A stretch of DNA of 64,000 nucleotides from Dendrobates tinctorius (taxonomy: Eukaryota). The translations under genes and the position numbers were made by a program. Positions 1 to 12,046 of this stretch are shown here, in pieces. Numbering within the stretch: position 1 is the first letter of the stretch; each line of letters opens with the position of its first letter. The stretch covers positions 63,612,001 through 63,676,000 of the forward strand of contig NW_027361714.1 in assembly GCF_039654945.1 (NCBI RefSeq), in the 5' to 3' direction. Under the pieces are notes generated by a model. It ran no database searches, was not told the origin of the DNA, and was given only the letters and a program-made list of their open reading frames with translations.

Positions 1-1164
1 GCATGTCAGTGCAAAAGAAGTCTTCTTAGACCTGGCCGCTGGGCCACTCTGCCATAAAGGCCCGACTGGTAGTGGGCTGCAGTGATAGTTGACTTTCTCC
101 CATCTCCCTACTGCATCTGTGGAGCTCAGTCACAGTGATCTTAAGGTACTGTCACACTTAGCGATGTACCAGCGATCCCGACCAGCGATATGACGCGGTC
201 AGGATCGCTGGTACATCGCTAAGTGGTCGCTAGTGAGCTGCCACACAGGCAGATCTCACCAGCGACATCGCTGTGGACAGGGGTCGCTACTTACCTGTCA
301 CACTAGGCGATCCTGCGTCCTCCCGCCCGGCTCCACGCTTGTTGCTCGTCTCTCCACAGGAAGCGCCGCAGGAAGCTGACGAGAAGCGGTCCTGAACGTT
401 CTCGCGTGATCAGCGATAACCAGCGGGGGAGCGGGTCGTAGGTAAGTATCAGACACAGCGATATCGCTAGCAATATCGCTATAATGTCACAAGTTATAGC
501 GATATTGCTAGCGATATCGCTTAGTGTGACAGTACCTTTAGGGTCCTTCTTTAGCTCTCTCACCAAGGCTCTTCTCCCACGATTGCTCAGTTTGGCTGGA
601 CGGCCAGGTTTAGGAAAACTTCTGGTAGTCTCAAACGTCTTCCATTTAAGGATTATGGAGGCCATTGTGCTCTTTGGAACCATGAGTACTGCAGAAATTC
701 TTTTGTAACCTTGGCCAGATCTGTGCCTTGCCACAATTCTGCCTCTGAGCTCCTTGGTCAGTTCTTTTGACCTCATGATTCTCATTAGGTCTGACAAGCA
801 TTGTTATACTGTATAGACAGGTGTGTGCCTTTACAAATCGAGTCCTATCAGTTTAATTAAACACAGCTGGATTCCAATAAATGAGCAGAACCATCTCAAG
901 GAGGATCACAAGGAAATGAACAGCATGTGACATAAATATGAGTGTCTGAGCAAAGGGTCTGAATACTTATTACGATGTGATATTTCAGTTTTTCTTTTTT
1001 AATAAATTTGAAAAAATTTCTACATTTCTGATTTTTTCAGTCAAGATGTGGGTGCAGAATGTACATTAATGAGAAAAAAAAGATTTTTTTTTATTTGCCA
1101 AATGGCTGCAAGGAAACAAAGAGTGAAAAATTTAAAGTGGTCAGAATACTTTCCGAACCCACTG
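1..1164 (-). mobile_element. Tc1/mariner transposon, 5' part (continues left of window), transposase pseudogene
   Basis: Minus-strand ORF 303-797 begins MRSKELTKELRGRIVARHRSGQGYKRIS...GRPAKLS, a Tc1 paired-like HTH N-terminus. The terminal repeat ends ...gaatactttccgaacccactg followed by TA at 1165. Interrupted by a MITE at 144-537. Confidence 0.85.
144..537. mobile_element. PIF/Harbinger-type MITE (CAGCGAT-rich family)
   Basis: TIRs aggtactgtcacact...agtgtgacagtacct; TTA on both sides (141-143, 538-540); removing it restores the Tc1 sequence. Confidence 0.85.
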
Positions 1165-1729
1165 TATATCTTTGAAGTGCTTTTATGCTATTGGTGAGTA
1201 ACATGACAGCAGTATATCAAGACCTGACAGATCCTCAAGAAAAGCAGCCCACAGAGCATTGAACTGCAGCTAGGGATGAGCGACCATAATCATGGGTATT
1301 CGGTACTCAGCGAGTAGTGAAGTACTTGCGGTACTCGGAACATAGCGAGTATTTCACTACTCGCCTCGCACTACTCGGATCTCCCGTCCAGCATTTGCCA
1401 GTCACAGTAATGCTGCAGCCTTCTTGGTTGTGGGGGCATTACAATGATTGGCTGGCCGCCCAGAGTCATACACGAGTCATAGGTTATGACTCATACCCTA
1501 TGAGTCATAGCCTGGCTCCATATAAGCCCTGCCACCGCAATGTTCTGCACATTGCATGCAGAACACAGCTAGTGTAGGGAGAGTGTGAGCAGCTGCTAGG
1601 GAGAGTTGTGTTTGTTTGTTCAAATCATCCACAAATCCTCTGTAAAACCCAAAAGCTCTTTTCAGAGCTGAAAGAATAAGGTCAGGGACAGAGTAGCGAC
1701 AGTTTTCCTGGCCATTTTTGGGGTCACAT

Positions 1730-2045
1730 TTACCCCTGCAGGGCAGATTTTTTGTGCTGTTGTGGTGCTGTGTTCACAGCGAATAGGACACATGGTACTG
1801 CACAACTGACACGCAGCCAACACCACTGACTTGTGTGGTGACTGGGGTGCGTAATCTCACCTTAAACCTCAGGGCAAATTTTTAGTGGCAGCACCGCTGT
1901 CTTGAGTGGTGACTGGGGTGCGTAATCTCGCCTTAAACCTCAGGGCAAATTTTTAGTGGCAGCACCGCTGTATTGTGTGGTGACCGGGTTGCGTAATAAT
2001 CTCACCTTAAACCTCAGGGCAATTTTTTGTGCTGTTGCGGTGCTG
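1730..2045. repeat. ~71-bp tandem repeats in the hAT 5' region
   Basis: Recurring ggggtgcgtaatctcaccttaaacctcagggcaaattttt units at about 1845, 1915 and 1990. Confidence 0.75.
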
Positions 2046-2909
2046 TTTGTAAAACACAAAGCAGTACTAGGCTGTTGTGCTACCTTCTACAAAGCACTAA
2101 CTGCTCCTTGTTCCCCAATATCTGCATCTGAACATCTGCAACTATGGCAGAAAAATCCCAAATTCCTAAAAAGGCTGTTGGGAAGGGACAGGGACGTGGA
2201 TGTGGGGTCATTGGTGCCCAACAAGGCAAACAGTCTGGGAGGCCGCAGAAGGTTGATGCATTTCCTGGTGAAATTTCCCGGTCTGGAACATAAACCAGTC
2301 TGGAAGCCAGAAGAACAATAGCAGATACTGTCTTGGATGGCTGATAAGGCTTCAACGAAATGTGCCAGCAGCACCCAATCGTCCATGACAAAACAGTCTA
2401 ATGTTCATACAGAGAAAGCTGGGTCATTGTATTCTCGACCTGTTCCTAGTTCATCACCTGGTCAGGAGTCACAGGAATCATTTGACCCCCAACCTTGGCC
2501 ACTCCGAGGATCTGTTTGATCCATTTCCTTTAGTTGCCTCTGGCCTCTCACTGCACGACATTGAAGAGGAACGTGAGGAGGTATCATCTGCTGATGATGG
2601 CCAAATATTTCAAACCCCACGGCCAGAAAAAAACCACTTTCATCCACATGATATACCGGGTGAAGAGGTGGAGGCTGATGGTGATGACACACAGTTGCCA
2701 TCTGGCCAGTCGCCTATATGAACACGAAAGGAGGATGACATGGACGACGAGGTGGTCGATGATGAGACCACTGATCCGACCTGGACCGTTGGCACGCATA
2801 GCCAGCACAGCAGCACTGAGGATGAAGGTGGATACGTAGAACCAACAAAGGCACCAAGGGCTACTGGTTTGAGCAGAGTGCAAAGTGTGTCAACTGTTGC
2901 CAAGAGCAA

Positions 2910-5003
2910 GTCAAAAAACAAGCCAAAAACTATGCAAAATACAAGGTGCAATTATGGGGGCACTCAAATGTGCACAATAGCAACATCAATGATATGGCCA
3001 GGTGCCGCAGCAGTGGAATAATAACAATAGTTGGGTTTCAGCCATTATCGTCTCTGGATCTGGATCTTGGACATTCATTTTGTGGAGCTATGTTTATTAG
3101 GAGTTTCCTATGAACTTTGGAATTTCAAGCAATAAATTGTGTGATGTCATTAAATATTAGAAGACATTATTTGGTTTCTTATTAGGCTCATGAGGACCGT
3201 TTATTTAAAGGCATTAGGATAGAAGGAACTTTTGATCGGTATTCATCTGACCCTTTTAGGGTTTTTTGGGATGAGTTGGCGGGTGGATGACCTTATCTCT
3301 GCCTTAAAGTATGAGGATGGAGGGGATTTACCCTGGGTTTACGTGACCTTATTTATCAGGATGGGTCTATTTTGGAATGTCATCAGAGCTCTGGGAGGAT
3401 ATATATATATATATATATTTTTTTTTTATTTGTGCTCCTTTATTGGCGACATCTGTTCCTTTGATTGCAGTGGACAAACTGGAGAGGGACAATTATAAAG
3501 GAGTCCTTAGCATTGTTGGGTCAACTATTGATGCCACTGTTCTTTGAGATAGATTGGTATCTTGTATACCTTCCGTCTATATATAAGTAATATGACCTTT
3601 CTCATATAGTCCTATTAATTGTGTACCTTCTCCCCTTTCTCTCCCTTCCCCCCCTTTTTCTTTCTCCCCCTCCTCTCTGATCCTAGCGTCTTGATATGAA
3701 TAGCCTCTTTGGCATTTACAGTACTTTTGATATTCATTGTGCTGCGATATATTTTTATGATATATTTTTCTTTTTTGGTATTTATCGGCATTGGTCAGTA
3801 ATTGCCGTTATTTGTTTAAATACCATAATTCCCCATACCATATTCTTTCAATAATTTAAGTATTGGGTTTTTTTTTTTTTTTGGTCAGATTAGAAGCAAA
3901 ATGGATTCCAGATTAACTATTGAGGGCTCCTTCTTAATGAGTGTCCTGATCACCGGTTATATCACCTAGTAAGGTGAATTTTTTATGTTTGTTATGTCCT
4001 GTGTTCCCATCCACCCTTACGTGTATTGTATTGTATGGTGTCTATGTATGTCCGGTTTTTGTGTGCTTCTGTACTCCCGGGAGTGGCGCACACATTTATT
4101 TATGTACTAGCAGTAACTCACGCTGGTGGTGGTAATATGCGCGCAGGTTCAGTGCGCCCCAAAACACGCTAGCCTGCGTTCCACTGGACGCAGGCACGGT
4201 GGGGCTGATATTCTTGGCCCTTACGGGCTTCTATAATACATACACGCTGCAGCAAGACCGCCGGCTTGTATTTGCTTGGCGTTTACACAGGGCATATGCG
4301 TTTGCCATGAGCCCTGCTCACATGACCGGGATGCTGGTTTATACACTTCCTGCTTTGGCTGACTCATAGAGGGGATGTTCACAGAGTGTGGTAACGCCCC
4401 GACTGACTTCTACAAGGTATTTAAAGCCCCCTGGATCACTGTGTGTCACTTCCCCTGACGAAGCCGTACAGGTTACGGCGATACGCGTGGGGTAATGGTC
4501 CTGGGTATGGCATCCGTGTATCTGTATTTTCATTGTGGCTATTGTTTTTATGGCAGTTTTTGATACTATGTATTTTGGCACCACTGATATGTGGAGGGTT
4601 TAACTTTTTCCCCCTTTTCTTGCTATCTGGGCTTATTAGGGTCCTGGTATGAAAATTATATAACATGGATTTTTGTGTGTGGTTGCTCCAATTCATCTAT
4701 GGGCTGGGCTTTGTCTAGGGTTATATAGTCCTCATGAGCCTAGGAATAGGGAGGGATACTGCTATAGTGCCACAGTGTTGCTGGATCACATGCTCACATT
4801 ATATGTGCTTATATGTATGATATTTATGTGTTGATATGTATTATGGGTACTATGGATGCCATAGTTTTGTGATTTTATCATGTTTTTATTGTGTATAACT
4901 CTTTTGTATCAATAAAAATTACTTATTTCAGTCTTAATTATAATTGGTGCAGTGTGTGCTTTTTTGCAGTGGTGCTTTCTCTCGCTTTTCTTTTTTTTTT
5001 TTT
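2910..5003 (+). mobile_element. Penelope-like-element-related insertion (pseudo-LTR with hammerhead motif; no recognisable RT)
   Basis: 16-bp direct repeat ctgttgccaagagcaa at 2894-2909 and 5004-5019; TATTTAAA at 4418; hammerhead-like motif 4450-4495; AATAAA at 4911; T-rich end. Confidence 0.65.
4450..4495 (+). ncRNA. Minimal type I hammerhead-ribozyme-like motif (variant core)
   Basis: ccc-CTGACGA-a-gccgta(caggt)tacggc-GATA-cgcgt-g-ggg: CUGANGA box, 6-bp helix II and palindromic ACGCGT helix III, but GAUA replaces GAAA and GUG sits at the NUH site. Confidence 0.6.
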
Positions 5004-6058
5004 CTGTTGCCAAGAGCAATCCCTCTGTGCCCCAAGTCAAGGCAAGGGTGCGTTTAGCCGCTGTCTGGAAATTTTTTTCGGATAGTCCTTCTGAACCAAA
5101 TGTCATCTGTAGCATCTGCTATACGAAGCTGAGCAGAGGCCAGGGCAAAGGCAACCAAAGCACCACCAGTATGCGGAAACACATGGAAGCCAAGCACCCT
5201 AGTTAATGGACTGAACAACAGGGTACCAAATCTGTGTCTGCGGGTCAAACCACTGCCATGTCGCCTGTGATACATCCTTTCCAATCTGCTGGGCAGGAAG
5301 TAGATGATCATCATACCTCTTGCTCACAAGCTGCGGTTGCACAGACACAGGACACAAGCTCATCCACTTGTTTGTCTCAGGAAAGCATCCAATTGTCCAT
5401 GCCCCAGATGTATGAGAGGAGGCATAAATACCAAGCCACGCACCTACAAGTACAAATATTGAACGTGCACATTGCCAAGTTGCTAGCCATGGAGATGTTG
5501 CCGTTTAGGCTTGTGGGGACACAGTCTTTCCGTGATTTTTTGGCTGTGGCTGCCCCATGATACTCGGTTCCCAGCCGGCACTATTTTTCCTGGTGTGCCA
5601 TCCCCACGTTACACAAGCACATCTTAAACAATCTAAAGCGTGCTCTCACCAATGCCGTAACCGGGAAGGTCCATATTACAACAGACACGTGGACAAGTAC
5701 TTGTGGCCAGGGACGATACATCTCTGTCACGGCACACTGGCTCAACCTGGTGGAGGGTGGGACAAAGTCTCAAACTGGATCATCACATATCCTACCCACA
5801 CCACGAATAGCGAGCCCAACCTCAATCAGGGTTTCCGCCTCATCATATACATCCAGTCTCCCCTCTTCCTCCTCCTCCTCTCTGCCTCGTCACCTGTGCT
5901 GAATCACCCTCCACATCACTCCCAAGTTGGGAGCTGTGCAGCAGCGCATCGGCAAAGCGGCAACATGCTCTGCTGAAGCTGATCTGCTAAGGTGAATCAC
6001 CACACATTGCAGCAGAGCTGTGGCAAGGACTAAAACAACAGACCGATCAGTGGCTCTC

Positions 6059-7899
6059 TGTTGTGAATTCTCTTTCTGGGCTCCCTCTGGTGGTTACTGA
6101 AGGTAGTGGAGCTGGTTAGATTGACAGAGGTGTTGTAAGTTCTCTTTCTGGGCTCCCTCTGGTGGTTAGTGGAGGTAGTGGAGCTGGTCAGATTGACAGA
6201 GGCTTGCCACCTGATAATGATGATGACGATTGGAGATCTGGGATTTCTGATTGGTGTATTTAAGACAGCTGACTTCCTTCAATCCCTGCTGGTGATTTTC
6301 TTCCTGTGCCTTCTGAGGTATGATGTCTGATGTCCCTTGCTCTGTTCCTGCATGGTTCAGCTAAGTGGTTCATTTGCTAAGCTTTTTGCATTTGATCTGG
6401 TTTTGTCTATCTCTGCTTTGTGCGGGTCAGTGTTATGATTGGGTCACCAAGGAGGAAAACAAGACCAAGCTAAGCCACAGAAAACCAGAGAGGTTGGTAA
6501 CTAAGTGGATTGCAGACCCCTGATCCTATCCACACAACTAGCAGTAGCCGTGGAGCGTACCTAAGATGATTCTAGATGCCTCGACAGAGCCGGAGAACTA
6601 AATAAGCCTAAAGCAAGAAAAGGGGAAATCTAAACTGCCCCAGAGCAGACCCCAAAGGAATAGATAGCCCCCAAACATATATTGTCAGTGAGACAAGATG
6701 AAAACACAAACACAGGTAGGAAAATAGGCTGAGCAAATGATGGGGCCCACACTAACTAGAAAGGACAGGAAAGGAAAGACACTGTCTGCAATCACGCAAA
6801 AAACCCTGCAAAAATGTCCAACACTTCTGATAGCAAAAAACTCTGAAGTCACTAGACTTCACCCACTATATCAGCACTCTGGCATATTCTGAAAGCAGAG
6901 CAAAAAGATGCCAATCTAATAAGGGAAAAAAACAAACTGGCACAAACAGCAACATAAGGATGGAAATTCAGCACAGCCCCAGCCGGGGCTGGCTGACCAC
7001 GCAAATCTGAATAGACAAAACCAAATCAAATGTGAATAATAGCAAATAACACTTAGCTTGAGAATGCAGGGACTGAACTGGAAACTAAGACCTCAGGAGG
7101 CAGGAAAAATCACCAGCAGGGATAGAGGGAGTCGGCTGTCTTAAATCCAGTCAGAGACTCCAGATGTCCAATCGTCATCCTCATTATCAGGTGGCACGCC
7201 TCTGTCAATTAGATCAGCTCCATTACCTCCTGTAACCACCAGAGGGAGCCCGGAAAGAGACTCCTCTGTCAATACAACCAGCTCCACTACCTTCACTAGC
7301 AACCAGAGGTAGGCCAGAAAGTGAATTCACAACAGGTCAGCTTGCTCCTGCTGGGGCTGTGCTGGATCACCGCCCATATGTTACTGCTTGTGTCAGTTTG
7401 TTCTGTCCCCTGTTATATTGGTCTGTTTTTGCTTTGCTTTCAGTATATACCAGAGTGTTGATATAGTGGGGAGGAAGTCGTGTGACTTCATCGCTTTTTG
7501 TGCATCAGACGTGTTGGATTTTTCAGGGTTTTTGCGTGATTGCAGACTGTGTCTTTCCTTTCCTGTTCTGTCTAGTCAGTTTGGGCCCCATCATTTGCTC
7601 AGTCTATTTTCCTGCCTTCGTTTGTGTTTTCATCTTGTCTTACCGACAATATATGTTTGGGGGCTGTCTATTCCTTTGGGGTCTGCTCCGGGGCAGTTTA
7701 GATTTCACCTTTCTTGCGTTAGGCTGAGTTAGTTCTCCGGTTGTGCCAAGGCATCTAGGGCTTCGTAGGTACACTCCATGGCTACTGCTAGTTGTGTGGA
7801 TAGGATCATGGGTCTGCAATCTGCTTAGTTACCAACCTCTCTGATTTTCTGGTGGCTTAGCCTGGTCCTGTTATCCTCCTCGGTGACCCATTCATAACA
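6059..7899 (+). mobile_element. Solo LTR (TGTTGTGAA...ATAACA), interrupted by a related solo LTR
   Basis: TG...CA ends; 6-bp TSD gctctc (6053-6058, 7900-7905); ~72-bp internal duplication near its start; removal restores transposase codons QWLSPLQLQPG. Confidence 0.8.
6431..7334 (-). mobile_element. Solo LTR of the same family, opposite orientation, nested
   Basis: tgttatga...ttcacaaca is the reverse complement of the family ends; 6-bp TSD ggtcag (6425-6430, 7335-7340). Confidence 0.8.
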
Positions 7900-8080
7900 G
7901 CTCTCCCCACTGCAACTCCAACCTGGTTTGGTTGTCTGTGACAATGGGTGTAACCTGGTGGCGGCTTTAAAACTCGGGAAGCTGGTACACGTGCCATGCA
8001 TGGCTCACGTGCTGAACTCAGTGGTGCAGAAATTTATAAAAACATACCCTGACTTGCCATACTTACTTGAGAAGGTGCGC

Positions 8081-8944
8081 TGTTGTGAACACGTTTCACC
8101 TGGATTCTGAGCTTGGGCTCCCTCTGGTGGTTGCATCGGGTAATGAAGTTGGTCTAGCTGACAGAGGTCATTCACCTGAAGATGATTGGAAGTCAAGTGT
8201 TACTGACTGGGAAGGGTTAAGTGAGCAACCCTCCCTCAATTGTTGCTGGTGATTTCATTTCTTCCTGTGCACTTTGGAAGACTGTCTCCTGCTTGGTCCT
8301 GCATTTTTCAGATGTCATTTGTTTGTTTTTGCCTTACTCTGTTTTCTGCTTTGCTGTTGTGTGATCAGCCTTGTTCCCTGTGGGGACCTGCGCTGGACCC
8401 CGTTTCATATGCTTCAGCTCATGTCAGCTTGTTCAGTGTTTCTGGTCTCCTGGTGTGTCACTGTCTTTTGTTTTACTTCCAGTTCACACCAAAATTCTAA
8501 TCTAGTCGGGTCGGAGAGAGGTCATGTGGCCTCAGTATTTTTGCATATCAGATGTGTTGGATTTTTCTTAGGGTTTTTTGCGTGATTGCAGAGAGTATTC
8601 TTTCCTGTCCTGTTCTATCTAGACAGTTTGGGCCCCTTCATTTGCTTATGCTATTTTCTGCCTGTGTTTGTGCTTCATCTTATCTCACCGGCAATATATG
8701 TTTGGGGGCTGTCTATTCCTTTGGGGGTCTACTCCGGGGCAGTCTAGCTTTTCCCTTTCTTTATTTAGGCTGTTAACTCTTTGGCTGTGCCGAGACGTCA
8801 AGGGCATGGTAGGTACGTCCCATGGCTAAGGCTAGTTGTGTTGTCAGTTCAGGGGTCTGCAGTCCGGTTAGTTTCCAACCTTTCTGGTGTTCTGGTTGTC
8901 TAGCCTATGCCCCGGCTATCCTCTTCGGTTACCGAATCATAACA
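8081..8944 (+). mobile_element. Solo LTR, related family
   Basis: tgttgtgaac...tcataaca; 6-bp TSD gtgcgc (8075-8080, 8945-8950); similar to 6059-7899. Confidence 0.8.
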
Positions 8945-10459
8945 GTGCGCCATATTTGCGCTTATTTCCACCATTCCTCAACCGCTGTTGCCGGTCTTGC
9001 AGCGCTTCAAAAGCAATTTAGTTTGCCAAACCACAGACTCATTTGCAACCTGCCAACACGGTGGAACTCAACATATCATATGTTGGCAAGGGTAAGTGAG
9101 CAGCAGAGGGCACTTGCTGAATACCAGCTTAAACATGCCCATCACATTGAGACTCAGCCAAGACACATAACAACCAAGCTTGTGAGCGGTGATCAGGCTA
9201 TTATCAGCATAACCATCCCTATGCTATGTCTGCTGAAAAAAATCGCTCAGAATGAAAAAATGAAATTTTTGCATGCCCAGCAGCTGGGTATGGAGCAAGA
9301 TTTCACAATGGGTGATCCTACCCAACCCAGCCAATATCATCAGGTAACATTGAGGGATGAAGATGATGATGAAAATGAGGAGGGAGAGGACTTATTTTTC
9401 AGTGGTACCGAGGGGACACCTCATGCTAGAGAGGGGAATCCCAACCCCAGCTTCATGTCTGTCCAGAATGGGTGGGCTGTAGAGGAGGAGATGGAGGAGG
9501 AGAGTCAGTGTGATGAGAGGATGGGTATTGTTCCTCCTTCTGGGGTCACAGAAGATTTTCCTCTTTGCAGCTTGGCACACATGGCACACTTCATATTTGA
9601 CTGTCTGTGTCAATACTCTCGCGTAATCCACATTTTCTATAGCAACCTATACTGGTTGGCCACCTTTCTGGACCCACGGTACAAGGGCAGACTTCCTTCA
9701 CTACTGTTGCAGTCACGAAGGGGTTGCACTATGGAATCCTTCAAGAAGGCCATTGTCGATCATTTGATGGCAACAGCACCCTCAGATACCACTGCTAGCA
9801 GAGGTACCAGCTCTGTGCAACAGCATGCATTAATGGGAAGAGACACGTCAAGCAGGTCCAAAAGAGGTGGTGGTAAAATGTCCACAAACTGGGCCATCTT
9901 CAATAAACCGGCTCATCAACAAGGACTAGCTGGAACAGTAACAATGTCAAGGAGGGAGAAGTTGAACAAGATGGTCAACGACTATCTAAGTGACCATACC
10001 TGCGTCCTTCCTGATGCTTCTGTTCTGTTTAATTACTAGGTATCCAAGCTGCATTGTTGGCCAGATCTCTCCTTATATGCCTTGAAGGTGCTTGCCTGCC
10101 CTGCTGCTAGTGTGATGTCAGAGTGTGTTTTCAGTGCTGCTGGGGCAATCATCACAGATACACGCACACGGTTGACTACAGAGAATGCAGACAGGCTGAC
10201 TCTAATAAAATTTAACTGGATTTTGCAACAGTAGTTAAGCCTTCCAGAAAACAGTATCCCAACCATAGAGTCACCCAAAGCGTTATTTTTTTTTAAATTG
10301 GTTATTACGTCCATCGCTTCCCATAGAAGCCACTTTTCTTCTTCTTACACATGTATTCAAACCCTGCTTCTGCCACATGTACCTCATGGTCAATAAGCTA
10401 AAAACAATGTTACTGTTCGTTAATTAATATTTCCCATCGGAGGCACTTGTGATGAGAGT

Positions 10460-10965
10460 GAGACCCTTCTTCCTTCATCAACCATGGTATCATGCCCCTT
10501 AGGCTAATGTTTGGAGACACTATGGCAGTGCCTGTACACTGGCACTGCAACTACTATGCTAGTAGTCCTAGCTTCATCACAATTGTTTGGCCCTTCAGAC
10601 CTGCCTTGCTTCCTTCATCAACTATGATACAGCCCCTTGGGCTAATTTTTGGAGACACTATGACTATGCCTGGACCCTGGACACTGGGCACTGCAACTAC
10701 TATGCTTGTAGTCCTAGCTGCATCATAATTGTTTAGCCCTTCAGACCTGCCTTGCTTCCTTCATCAACTATAATACAGCCCCTTGGGCTAATTTTTGGAG
10801 ACAAATGGCAATGCCTGGACACTGGGCACTGCAACTAATATGCTTGTAGTCCTAGCTGCATCATATTGTTTGGCCCTTCAGACCTGCCTTGCTTTCTTCA
10901 TCAACCATGATACAGCCCCTAGGGCTAATGTTTTGAAGACACTATGCCTACACATTGGGCAGTAG
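10460..10965. repeat. ~135-bp tandem repeats in the hAT 3' region
   Basis: Recurring ccttcagacctgccttgcttccttcatcaac...cccttgggctaatttttggagaca...cactgcaactac units. Confidence 0.75.
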
Positions 10966-11624
10966 CAGTGGAACAACAAGGGCAGTAGTCTAGGCTTTCT
11001 AATTGTGAATCCCTTGTGATGATGATGATGGGTGGCTTCTTCGTGCATTAACCATCACACAGCCCCTAGGGCAGATCGCTCCTCTTACTCCACTTACACA
11101 CTTAGCTGTCAGAAGATCGCCTCCATCATCACTCGCTCTTACGGCACTTCTGATATATCACTGGCACTGCGTAAGTGGCGTATGAGTCCCGCTCTGCTGG
11201 CAAAAAACACAGGACTTCAAATAGTGTTTGTACATTTTAGTGAAGCAGTGGTGTAAAACCAGTCATGCAGCCCCTGTCCAGGTGCCCCCATGTTATATAC
11301 ATTTGTTTACAGCATACTTTTTTTTAACATTTTACACATTTTTTAGCCTTTTCCCTAGCCCCTAGACCACTTTGTAGGGTCCGGCAGACAATTACTCGCA
11401 TTTTCCATTGACTATCATTGGACTCGCTAATCGTACAGAATACCCGAGTATTACGGTATACTCGGTACGAGTATAGCGAGTCTTAATGCTTCAGTACTCG
11501 CTCATCCCTAACTGTGACACGAGATCCTATATTGCTCCATAGTAAAATTTAATAATAATGTACTACTTGTGCCATAGTGCAGCCTACATTTCTTCTACTT
11601 ATCCTGATATCTTCTTATTTACAG

Positions 11625-11733
11625 ATGACATAAAGAGCAATATTTCTCGCTACAAGCCAAATAGTTTTGATAAGAAGATACTAAAGTGGACTGGAAGATA
11701 CAAGTCAGAAGATGACATTCCATCAACAATTCC
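11625..11733 (+). CDS. FAM162B: FAM162B internal coding exon (109 bp)
   Basis: Acceptor cttcttatttacag|, donor cc|gtaaga. Encodes DIKSNISRYKPNSFDKKILKWTGRYKSEDDIPSTIP, matching the FAM162/DUF1075 motif (FDKKILxWTGRxKS..IP). Phase joins the next exon. Confidence 0.88.
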
Positions 11734-12046
11734 GTAAGAATCAAAATGTGTTACCTTCATATATAAAAGGGACACCTACTAGACTAAAACACTATAGAAT
11801 TGATGGAATAATAATCAAAAAGCACGTACGGCAAGTAATGCAGACTTAGAATAGTCAGCAGTGGGTCATTTTCATATATAGAACTACTAAGCTAATACAC
11901 TGCAGAACTATGTAAGAAACATGAAGAAGCACCACAGAATATTCAGCAGTGCATGAGATCCAGTCACTTAAGGGTTTATTCATTTTTTTGTTTTACTATG
12001 GGCTTAAAATCTAACAGACCGGTAGTTGCTAACTACCTGCCTGTTA

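Larger units (their letters stand above)
2143..10240 (+). pseudogene. hAT transposase pseudogene (BED zinc finger + DDE RNaseH-like + dimerization domain)
   Basis: BED finger AVWKFF...CSICYTKL...MRKHMEAKH (about 5060-5200), TTDTWTS (about 5675), VCDNG and CMAH (7930-8010), TRWNST (about 9055), FLDPRYK, PAASVMSECVFSAAG (about 10100). Broken by stops, frameshifts, a PLE insert and three solo LTRs. Confidence 0.9.
1271..11510 (+). mobile_element. hAT-superfamily DNA transposon (ZBED/Ac-like), decayed, with nested insertions
   Basis: TIRs TAGGGATGAGCGA (1271) / TCGCTCATCCCTA (11510); flanks actgcagc / actgtgac are only a partial 8-bp TSD; subterminal tactcg repeats; internal transposase fragments. 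Confidence 0.9.

Noticed and set aside
2143-10240. Domesticated ZBED6-like gene in a host intron
   Set aside because: Multiple stops, frameshifts and four nested insertions, with TIRs retained: a dead transposon.
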